From an uncultured cyanobacterium (GTDB lineage Bacteria; Cyanobacteriota; Cyanobacteriia; Cyanobacteriales; Cyanobacteriaceae): a stretch of DNA of 13,937 nucleotides. The notes under the pieces were generated by a model. The model worked only from the letters and a program-made list of their open reading frames with translations, did no database searches and was not told the DNA's origin. The number at the start of each line of letters is the position of its first letter. The stretch's first letter is position 1. The stretch covers positions 1 to 13,937 of the forward strand of contig CAVVOP010000033.1 in the NCBI GenBank assembly GCA_963749915.1. The letters run 5' to 3'. Position numbers and translations under genes: made by a program. Positions 5,973-13,937 of this stretch are shown here, piece after piece.

Positions 5973-7562
5973 ATGGAGTTAAGTCGGTTACAGCTTATTG
6001 CTGAGGAGGAGATTGCTCGTCGTAAGTCCATCCGCATTTTATGCTGTGGAGCGGCTAGTTGTAAGTCTTCTGGCTCAGAATCTATTGTTGCTGAGTTGAA
6101 AAGTGCCATCGCCCATCAGGGTTTAGGAGATGAGGTGGAGGTTTGCCCTGTAGGTTGTATGAAGTTTTGCGGTAGGGGTCCATTGGTAGAAATTGCCCCC
6201 CTTAATTTACTATATGAAAATGTCCGTCCTGAAGATGCCCCTTCTATTGTTGCTGCATTGAAAGGAGAGGAAACCACTGCACCCTTGGGAGACTATAATC
6301 ATCCCTTTTTCGCTCTGCAAATGCCCATTGTCCTTGAAAATAGTGGCAAAATTAACCCTGAAAGCATTGAACAATATATTGCCGTTGGCGGTTATCAGCA
6401 ATTATATCGAGTTTTGCATGAAATGAACCCTGAAGAGGTGCTTAAGGAAGTCATTGCCAGTGGTTTACGGGGACGTGGTGGCGGTGGTTATCCCACGGGC
6501 TTGAAATGGGCCACGGTGGCGAAAATGCCTCAACAGCAAAAATATATCATTTGTAACGCTGATGAAGGCGATCCCGGAGCATTCATGGATCGCAGTGTGT
6601 TAGAAAGTGATCCCCATCGTATTGTCGAAGGAATGGCGATCGCAGGTTATGCAGTAGGAGCAAATCACGGGTATATCTATGTTAGAGCCGAATATCCTTT
6701 GGCGATCGCACGATTACAAAAAGCCATTCAACAGGCAAAACGACAAGATTTAATCGGCACACAGATTTTTAACAGCCTATTCGATTTCAAAATTGATATC
6801 AGAGTTGGTGCAGGGGCGTTTGTGTGTGGAGAGGAAACCGCTTTAATCGCCTCCATTGAAGGGGAAAGAGGCAACCCCCGCCCTCGCCCTCCCTACCCTG
6901 CCGAATCCGGGTTATGGGGATACCCCACTTTAATCAATAATGTGGAAACCTACGCTAATATCGTGCCAATTATTCGAGAAGGGGGGCAATGGTATGCGAG
7001 TATAGGTACTGAAAAAAGTAAGGGTACAAAGGTATTTGCCTTGACGGGTAACGTTAACAATACAGGGTTAATTGAAGTGGCGATGGGAACGAGTATTCGG
7101 CAAATTGTCGAAGAAATGGGGGGGGGAGTCCCAGGAAATAATCAAATTAAAGCAGTACAAACAGGAGGTCCTTCGGGGGGGTGTATTCCTTATAAATACT
7201 TTGATACTCTTATAGATTATGAATCCCTCAAAGAATTAGGTACCATGATGGGATCAGGTGGCATGATAGTCATAGACGAGGAGACCAATATGGTAGCCCT
7301 TGCCAGATTTTACATGGAATTTTGTCGCGGGGAAACCTGTGGGAAATGTGTTCCCTGCCGCACTGGTACAGTGCAATTGTACCAAATGTTAACCAAAATC
7401 CTCAACGGAGAAGCGACAGAAAAGGATTTAGGCAAGTTAGAGCATCTTTCTCACATGGTAAAAGCTACCAGCTTATGTGGTTTAGGGCAGACTGCACCGA
7501 ATCCTGTTTTAAGTACCTTGCGGTATTTTGAAGACGAGTATATGAAGTTATTAAAGCCTTAG
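5973..7562 (+). CDS. hoxF: Bidirectional hydrogenase diaphorase subunit HoxF
   Basis: N-terminal Fe-S domain (GCMKFCGRGP), GLRGRGGGGYPTG, CNADEGDPG, GAGAFVCGEETAL, CGKCVPCR and SLCGLG; follows hoxE. Confidence 0.96.
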   Translation: MELSRLQLIAEEEIARRKSIRILCCGAASCKSSGSESIVAELKSAIAHQGLGDEVEVCPVGCMKFCGRGPLVEIAPLNLLYENVRPEDAPSIVAALKGEETTAPLGDYNHPFFALQMPIVLENSGKINPESIEQYIAVGGYQQLYRVLHEMNPEEVLKEVIASGLRGRGGGGYPTGLKWATVAKMPQQQKYIICNADEGDPGAFMDRSVLESDPHRIVEGMAIAGYAVGANHGYIYVRAEYPLAIARLQKAIQQAKRQDLIGTQIFNSLFDFKIDIRVGAGAFVCGEETALIASIEGERGNPRPRPPYPAESGLWGYPTLINNVETYANIVPIIREGGQWYASIGTEKSKGTKVFALTGNVNNTGLIEVAMGTSIRQIVEEMGGGVPGNNQIKAVQTGGPSGGCIPYKYFDTLIDYESLKELGTMMGSGGMIVIDEETNMVALARFYMEFCRGETCGKCVPCRTGTVQLYQMLTKILNGEATEKDLGKLEHLSHMVKATSLCGLGQTAPNPVLSTLRYFEDEYMKLLKP

Positions 7563-7600
7563 ATTGATTCCTTAATCCTCAACTCAAAATTGTCGGAGTA

Positions 7601-7706
7601 CCAGTGGTCTGTCAAGATAGTTTTGAGGGACTGGGAACGGATAATTTTGGATTTTGGATTTTGGAGGATTGTTTTATCCCTCATTTCAAAATTGGCAGAC
7701 CACTAG
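7601..7706. mobile_element. MITE family A, copy 2 (106 bp)
   Basis: CCAGTGGTCTGTCAA...TTGGCAGACCACTAG; matches 91-189 apart from one extra ATTTTGG unit and a few substitutions. Confidence 0.88.
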
Positions 7707-7762
7707 TAGATTTTTCTGAAACTGTTCTTCTTACGAGGGTTGAGCTTTCCCTAAATCTTAGA

Positions 7763-8962
7763 TTATTGAACAACGCCCGTAATTTCTTCTTGAGCATTAT
7801 CGATATTTGACTCTGATTTTATCTCCAGTTCTTGAGTTTCAACATTAGGAGTTTCTTCCTTGATAATTTCTGATTCTTCTTGTTCCATAATTGTTTCATT
7901 TTCCTCGGAATTCAAAGCGGGTAAGGATTCTTCTACATTTTCTGTAACTTCCTCCTCCGGAGTAACTTCCTCTTTCTTCTCTGGAGTAATTTCTTCTTCC
8001 TCCTCTGAAGTAACTTCTTCTTCGGGGATAACTTCTTCTTCTGCCATTTGATAGTCAGGAATAGTGATAGCTTGGGCTTTATTCAAACTAATTTTACCGG
8101 TGACTAATTTCGCTAAAGTATCCTTAATTTTTGGATCGTAATTGATCGCTCTTACGGTACTGTTAAAAGCATTTTTAATCACATCGCCATTTTCATCAAT
8201 AAATTCCAACTTAACCCAATTTTGACCTTTATTAAAACCTTTTAAATAAATTGGTTGCCATGTATCCAATAAAAAAGACTCTCCATTGACAGTAACCCGA
8301 ATACGCCAGTCAGCAATATCATCATCGGGATTTTCTTTTGCCACTAGATGAAGGGGGGCGTTAGTTAAATAAAAGTCCAACATAATCGGTTGTGCACCAT
8401 AGACTCCTTGGGGGCGACTATAGGTAAGTAATGGTTGACTCTCCGAGGGATTATTGTCTTCTGTCGGCGTAAAAATGTGAAAAGTAGTTTGAGCGTAAGC
8501 CCCCTCATTTTTGAAACTTTCATGCCAAGGACGAGAAGCAAAAACTCTGATAGTATGAGTACCGGGGGCTAAATCCGATAAAACAATGGGCTTTTCTGTG
8601 CTATAAATAGCTTGATAGGGTTGATCATCGACAAAGAAATGTAAATGAGGTCCCATTTGTAATTCTTCTTCTTTAAAAATATTTAATCCCTTTACTTCTA
8701 AACTCACGGATATATTTTTAGTGTTGAAAACTTGATCATTATTCGGGCTAACAATTTTCACCTGTGGTTGAGTTTGCACAAAATTTTGATTAAGTTGTTG
8801 AATCAATGCTGGAGGTGCGACCTCGGCGATATTTTCGACATTGGGAATCGGTGGCTTCGAGTCGCTATTAAATGCTTGTATACTGTTGATCGTATCATTG
8901 CAGGCAGTTAAAGTACAGCCAAAAATTATGATAGCCAGCCAAGAGAATATTTTTCTAAACAT
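7763..8962 (-). CDS. Putative lipoprotein with two related domains and an acidic low-complexity tail
   Basis: MFRK + hydrophobic stretch + lipobox LTAC from ATG 8962; GPHLHFFVDDQPY...GTHTIRVF and a related second domain; Glu-rich C-terminus. Confidence 0.8.
   Translation of the reverse strand: MFRKIFSWLAIIIFGCTLTACNDTINSIQAFNSDSKPPIPNVENIAEVAPPALIQQLNQNFVQTQPQVKIVSPNNDQVFNTKNISVSLEVKGLNIFKEEELQMGPHLHFFVDDQPYQAIYSTEKPIVLSDLAPGTHTIRVFASRPWHESFKNEGAYAQTTFHIFTPTEDNNPSESQPLLTYSRPQGVYGAQPIMLDFYLTNAPLHLVAKENPDDDIADWRIRVTVNGESFLLDTWQPIYLKGFNKGQNWVKLEFIDENGDVIKNAFNSTVRAINYDPKIKDTLAKLVTGKISLNKAQAITIPDYQMAEEEVIPEEEVTSEEEEEITPEKKEEVTPEEEVTENVEESLPALNSEENETIMEQEESEIIKEETPNVETQELEIKSESNIDNAQEEITGVVQ
7941..8042 (-). 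repeat. Coding degenerate tandem repeat (EEEV(I/T)P-like units)
   Basis: EEEVIP EEEVTS EEEEEITP EKKEEVTP EEEVTE; DNA unit approximately GTAACTTCTTC on the + strand. Confidence 0.75.
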
Positions 8963-9028
8963 AAGATTTTTTATAGGTAACAAATTTTACTAATTTAATC
9001 ATATTAGCTCCTAAATCCCCAAGATTGG

Positions 9029-10471
9029 CTACTTTTTAATCTTCTCTCCCCAAAAATGGGAAGAAGAAAGAACCGTTATTTTCTCTAATAAATCATAAAA
9101 AGGTTGCCAATTATCTTCTGTGGTTATGGGATGCCAAATTTCTTCAATAGTATTTCTAGTCGGTACAATTTGCGGGTTATATTGGTTGAGAGTATCTTTA
9201 ATCAGATCTAATTCTTCTCTAACAAAATTTTCTAAGGCTTGATGATAAAGTTTTTTCCATATATCTAAATTCGATGAATTAAGATCACTATTTTCTAAAA
9301 TTAAACTATGCTTTTCGTGCCAACCGTAATTAAATTGAGAGGCTAAATCAGCAAAAAATCGATGATAACTAACTTGACTTTCTTTTAATAAATTCACAGT
9401 TTCTTCTACTAACTTTTTACCTAAATTATCAGATAAATTATTAAAGCCTAATTTTTTAAGCATTAAACTTTGATAATACTGCTCATAATATTGCTCATAA
9501 TTGATCAATTGTGCCTGTAAATCTTGATAAGGAATTACTAAAGCAAGGGGTTTTTGTAATAACTCTAAATTCCATCGACAGACAAAAGGTTGATTGCCAT
9601 AGCTATATCTACCGCCATAATCGAAGTAAGCCGCCGTGAAAAGGGGATCGTAAGTATTAATAAAAGCATAAGGACCATAATCAAAACTTTCCCCTGTAAT
9701 GGACATATTATCAGTATTTAACACCCCATGACAAAAACCAGCCGCCATCCATTGTGCCGTTAATAATGCTACTCTTTGCACTAATTCCCCATAAAACTCG
9801 ACGTAAGGATTCTTGGAAGTAGTTAAATGGGAATAATAATAATAAATTACATGATCTAACAAATTTTTGATCAAATCCGGGCGTTGTAAGTAATTTAACC
9901 TTTCAAAACTACCGAAGCGAATATGAGATTTACTAAATCTAACCATTACAGCACTACGAGTCGGTGACGGTTCATCTCCACGCCACAAAGATTCCCCCGT
10001 TTCAATTAGGGAAAAACAGCGAGAGGTGTTTACCCCTAAGCGATTTAAGGCTTCTCCAGCGACTACTTCTCTCACACCGCCTTTAAGGGTTAATCTGCCA
10101 TCGGCATTCCGAGAATAGGGTGTTCTTCCTGATCCTTTTGTGCCAAAATCGTATAGTGTGCCATCAGTACCTCTAATTTGCCCATATAAAAACCCTCTAC
10201 CATCTCCTAATTGAGGATTATAGGCACCAAATTGATAACCATGATATTTCAGGGCTAAAAATGGACGTATCCCCTGAAATTTGCCAAAGGCTTCTATCCA
10301 ATGATTTTCGGTGACGGAATTTGCATCTAAATCGATGACAGGTAATAAGGAATGGTTGGTGAATCTGAGTATATGTTGCGGAAATTCTGCGGGGGTAACT
10401 TCTTCATAATAATGATCCCCTAAATTTTCCATCGCTGTTTCGTATTCAAGATTGAGAAAAGGATTTGTCAT
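9029..10471 (-). CDS. selO: Protein adenylyltransferase SelO / YdiU family
   Basis: [54 protein letters not shown]. Confidence 0.95.
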   Translation of the reverse strand: MTNPFLNLEYETAMENLGDHYYEEVTPAEFPQHILRFTNHSLLPVIDLDANSVTENHWIEAFGKFQGIRPFLALKYHGYQFGAYNPQLGDGRGFLYGQIRGTDGTLYDFGTKGSGRTPYSRNADGRLTLKGGVREVVAGEALNRLGVNTSRCFSLIETGESLWRGDEPSPTRSAVMVRFSKSHIRFGSFERLNYLQRPDLIKNLLDHVIYYYYSHLTTSKNPYVEFYGELVQRVALLTAQWMAAGFCHGVLNTDNMSITGESFDYGPYAFINTYDPLFTAAYFDYGGRYSYGNQPFVCRWNLELLQKPLALVIPYQDLQAQLINYEQYYEQYYQSLMLKKLGFNNLSDNLGKKLVEETVNLLKESQVSYHRFFADLASQFNYGWHEKHSLILENSDLNSSNLDIWKKLYHQALENFVREELDLIKDTLNQYNPQIVPTRNTIEEIWHPITTEDNWQPFYDLLEKITVLSSSHFWGEKIKK

Positions 10472-10532
10472 GACGGATTTAAAAACTTACATTATAGCAA
10501 TCCACAATGGATAATCAATAATTAATAATTAA

Positions 10533-11333
10533 TTAAATTTCTGCGGGTAAATATTTATTAAATTGAATATAAAAAAGGTTTTGATAATAATGTAAACTGA
10601 TGGCGATTAATCCTAACCTAGTTTGGGATATTGCTAAATTTTCAACTCTGGTTTCTCCCCAAATTCGACAATAACATTCTACATCTAATATGGCCTTAGT
10701 TAATCTATTTAAAAATGTTTGATAGCTAAGTTTATTATTTGCAATTTTTTCAGTAATAATTATTAATTCTTTAATCAACTTTTGTTCATAACTTCCCGAA
10801 ATATTTATCATCTCGTAGTCAATAATATTAGGTTTTTCGATATGCCATTGATTGATAGTAAATTCTAAGTTATTAAAAGTAATTATATGATCTTGATGAG
10901 CAGATTTTAAGATTGAACAACAACGAGCATAGGTATAATAATTAATAAAATTTTCTTGATTTTCATTTTTTCTCATGAGACTTTTATCAAAGTCCAAAAA
11001 CCTAATTTTATTTACTTTATTTAACCATTGACTCAAGAGGCGATCGCCAATAATAAATTCTAACCAACCATTCCCAGAAACTTTGACTGATATATCTTGT
11101 TTCAGACTATTTTGATTGAAAATATTAGCTATATATTGACCTAAAGATAAAGAGGATTCTTGAGAAGATTTAGCCAATTGTAAACAAAGAGAACTTTTAT
11201 AAACAATTTTATTCTGGTTATTACTTAAATCAATGGAAAAGTCAATATTAGATAGATCATAAATAGAAGTTAATTGTTTTTTAATTAAAGTAGCAAGAGA
11301 AAATGATTTATTAAAAGTTAATGGGTTATTCAT
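10533..11333 (-). CDS. DALR anticodon-binding domain protein (ArgRS-like, no catalytic domain)
   Basis: YTYARCCSILK (compare YAHARICSIL), GNGWLEF (compare GPGFINF), TRLGLI, C-terminal PAEI; no HIGH or KMSKS motif; 266 aa. Confidence 0.78.
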   Translation of the reverse strand: MNNPLTFNKSFSLATLIKKQLTSIYDLSNIDFSIDLSNNQNKIVYKSSLCLQLAKSSQESSLSLGQYIANIFNQNSLKQDISVKVSGNGWLEFIIGDRLLSQWLNKVNKIRFLDFDKSLMRKNENQENFINYYTYARCCSILKSAHQDHIITFNNLEFTINQWHIEKPNIIDYEMINISGSYEQKLIKELIIITEKIANNKLSYQTFLNRLTKAILDVECYCRIWGETRVENLAISQTRLGLIAISLHYYQNLFYIQFNKYLPAEI

Positions 11334-11477
11334 TCAAATCTTCCACTATTGTAAGATTATCTATTCCCCATTCTCAGTCCTCACCAGCAACTTAAATGGG
11401 TCTGAACTTATCAAAGGCATAGTAATTTTTCTATAGGTTTTAATACCATAAAATTGTCAATTGTTAATTGTTAATTC

Positions 11478-12365
11478 TTACGGTACAATCATCGAACCAA
11501 TACCATCATCGGTAAAAATTTCAAGTAATAGAGCATGGGGAAGTCTTCCATCAATGATGTGGGCAGCTTTAACTCCCTGGGCTAAGGATCGCACACAACA
11601 ATTTACTTTCGGGATCATGCCACCGCCGACAACTCCTCGATCAATTAAATCTCTTGCGTCTTGGATGGAGAGTTTATAAAGTAAGGTAGAAGGATTTTTA
11701 AAATCTTGTAAAATGCCCGGTGTATCGGTAAGTAAGATTAATTTTTCTGCTCCCAAAGCGGCGGCGATTTCTCCAGCGATGGTGTCAGCATTAATATTAT
11801 GAGCTTGACCTGTATTGTCGGCGGCAACACTGGAAATAATAGGAACATAACCACTTTCCACTAAAGACTCAACTAAGCGACTATCAACACTCATCACCTC
11901 TCCCACAAAACCAACCTTTTCTCGATTAACCGATCGAGCTTGTACTAAATTACCATCTTTTCCGCAAATACCAACAGCTTTTCCTCCGGCATTATTTACC
12001 ATTGTGACTAATTCTTTATTAACACGACCGACTAACACCATTTCAACGATATCCATCGTAGCGGCATCTGTCACCCTCAAACCATCTTTAAATTGAGGTT
12101 CAATACCTAATTTGCTTAACCAAGTATTAATTTCAGGTCCCCCACCATGTACTACTACAGGACGAACTCCCACAGAAGCCAAAAAGACAATGTCTCGGAT
12201 AACATATTGCTTAAGATTATCATCTTTCATTGCCGCCCCACCATATTTAACCACGATGGTACGTCCGGCAAACTTTTGTATATAGGGGAGTGCTTCACTT
12301 AAAACCCTGACTCTCGTGGCTTCTTTTTCTAAAAAATACTCGCTTTCTTGTCTATCTTTGGACAT
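11478..12365 (-). CDS. argB: Acetylglutamate kinase
   Basis: [45 protein letters not shown]. Confidence 0.98.
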   Translation of the reverse strand: MSKDRQESEYFLEKEATRVRVLSEALPYIQKFAGRTIVVKYGGAAMKDDNLKQYVIRDIVFLASVGVRPVVVHGGGPEINTWLSKLGIEPQFKDGLRVTDAATMDIVEMVLVGRVNKELVTMVNNAGGKAVGICGKDGNLVQARSVNREKVGFVGEVMSVDSRLVESLVESGYVPIISSVAADNTGQAHNINADTIAGEIAAALGAEKLILLTDTPGILQDFKNPSTLLYKLSIQDARDLIDRGVVGGGMIPKVNCCVRSLAQGVKAAHIIDGRLPHALLLEIFTDDGIGSMIVP

Positions 12366-12524
12366 ACTTTTTTATTAATTTTTTTATTTCTCAAAAAATC
12401 ACATTACTAAATAAGGTGACACAAAAATTGTTCATGGATAGCTTTTTTATAATCAGCAATTAGCAATGGGGATTTAATTGTTGAGTGGACTGACATTTCC
12501 TTAAGGCCTGCTTCCTAACACCAG

Positions 12525-13874
12525 TTAAAATTTTAAAATATTTTTCTCGACAAAGTTTGTATAAACATTTCCTGCCAAAAATTCGGGGTTTTCTAAGATT
12601 TGACGATGAAAGTTGATAGTTGTCGGAACTCCCGTTATAGCACATTCTCTTAAAGCCCGTTTCATGCGTCTTATAGCCGTGTCCCGATCTTTTCCCCAAA
12701 CAATCAATTTTCCGATTAAAGAGTCATAATAGGGGGGAATAACATAGTCTGGATAAACAAATGAATCCATCCTGACCCCAAGGCCTCCCGGCGGTAGATA
12801 AGCGATAATTTTACCCGGGTGGGGTCGAAAATCATGATCGGGATCTTCTGCATTGATTCTACATTCGATGGCATGACCTCTAAATTCTATATCTTGTTGG
12901 CGAAAAGATAATTTTTCCCCTTGGGCGATCACAATTTGTTCTCTAATCAAATCTAACCCTGTAATCATTTCTGTGACTGGGTGTTCTACTTGTATGCGGG
13001 TATTCATTTCCATAAAGTAGAAATTACCGTATTTATCCAATAAAAATTCTACTGTACCAGCACCCACGTAATTGATGGATTTTGCCGCCTTTACCGCCGC
13101 TTGACCCATCTTTTGGCGAATTTTGGGATTTAATGCCGACGATGGTGCTTCTTCTAATAATTTCTGATGTCTTCTTTGAATAGAACAATCACGCTCACCC
13201 AAATGCACTACATTTCCGTAACTATCTGCTAAAATCTGAAACTCAATATGACGGGGTAATTCGATAAATTTCTCTATATATACTCCTGCATTACCAAAAG
13301 CCGCCTCTGCTTCCCCTTGTGCTGCCGTCAATAACCGACTTAAATCAGATTCTTCTTTTACTAAGCGCATCCCTCTACCACCACCCCCCGCAGTAGCTTT
13401 GATAATCACGGGATAGCCTATTTCTGCGGCGACTCTTGCCGCTTCTTGTTCGTCCGTTATTAAGCCCTTACTGCCTGGAATTATTGGCACACCAGCATTT
13501 TGCATGGTTTTTTTAGCAGTAGATTTATCCCCCATGGCAATTATAGCCTCTGGACTAGGACCAATGAACTGTAATTGATGATCCGCACAAATTTGGGCAA
13601 AACGGGCATTTTCTGATAAAAATCCATATCCAGGGTGAACTGCTTCTGCACCTCTTGTCAAAGCCGCCGAGATAATATTAGGCATGTTTAAATAACTTTT
13701 GTTGCTAGGAGGAGGACCTATACATACACTTTCATCTGCTAATTTTACATGGAGGGCATTACGATCGATGGTGGAATGAACAGCAACTGTAGCAATACCC
13801 ATTTCTTCACAACTATGGATGATGCGCAGGGCAATTTCTCCTCGATTAGCAATTAAAATCTTAGCAAAGGGCAT
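12525..13874 (-). CDS. accC: Acetyl-CoA carboxylase biotin carboxylase subunit
   Basis: [53 protein letters not shown]. Confidence 0.98.
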   Translation of the reverse strand: MPFAKILIANRGEIALRIIHSCEEMGIATVAVHSTIDRNALHVKLADESVCIGPPPSNKSYLNMPNIISAALTRGAEAVHPGYGFLSENARFAQICADHQLQFIGPSPEAIIAMGDKSTAKKTMQNAGVPIIPGSKGLITDEQEAARVAAEIGYPVIIKATAGGGGRGMRLVKEESDLSRLLTAAQGEAEAAFGNAGVYIEKFIELPRHIEFQILADSYGNVVHLGERDCSIQRRHQKLLEEAPSSALNPKIRQKMGQAAVKAAKSINYVGAGTVEFLLDKYGNFYFMEMNTRIQVEHPVTEMITGLDLIREQIVIAQGEKLSFRQQDIEFRGHAIECRINAEDPDHDFRPHPGKIIAYLPPGGLGVRMDSFVYPDYVIPPYYDSLIGKLIVWGKDRDTAIRRMKRALRECAITGVPTTINFHRQILENPEFLAGNVYTNFVEKNILKF

Positions 13875-13937
13875 TTTTAAACATTAAATCTAATATTCCT
13901 CGTATCATATTTGGTTTTGGCACTTCTGGCAATTGTT

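Noticed and set aside
7118..7126. G9 run in hoxF as a phase-variation tract
   Set aside because: In frame, encoding MGGG in a Gly-rich motif; no frameshift present.
7604..7810. 68-aa + strand ORF
   Set aside because: Starts inside MITE A and overlaps the lipoprotein gene antisense; no recognisable motifs.
7860..8051. Ser-rich 63-aa ORF
   Set aside because: Antisense shadow of the Glu-rich coding repeat.
1012..12699. Short track ORFs 1012-1197, 5700-5897, 6210-6401, 7322-7531, 11461-11679 and 12460-12699
   Set aside because: All overlap well-supported genes in another frame or strand and show no motifs.
1..13937. CRISPR array, tRNA or rRNA genes, integron cassette array
   Set aside because: No regularly spaced repeat-spacer units, no cloverleaf or rRNA motifs seen. 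The repeats in 254-1979 lack attC core sites and there is no integrase in the window.

Overview
AT-rich cyanobacterial chromosome segment (five intact HIP1 GCGATCGC sites). Positions ~2200-13900 are mostly housekeeping genes: ycf37-like TPR, ubiX, a HEAT-repeat protein, folK, hypC divergent from hoxE-hoxF (no hoxUYH here), an acidic-tailed lipoprotein, selO/ydiU, a stand-alone DALR-domain protein, argB and accC. The first ~2 kb is a rearranged accessory patch. It holds an intact Sulfotransfer_2 gene between two gene fragments (Uma2 C-terminus and TIGR04168/DevT-like N-terminus). A ~300-bp near-identical duplicate of the sulfotransferase upstream region and 5' end is cut at codon 12 by a probable IS4-family end, which itself carries a MITE. 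Two MITE families are present, and two 23-24-nt double-hairpin inserts sit inside HIP1 sites. The least explained element is a 138-bp, ~51% GC structured stretch between folK and hypC with partial resemblance to a NiCo riboswitch. All family assignments are from motif recognition by eye; no database search was run.
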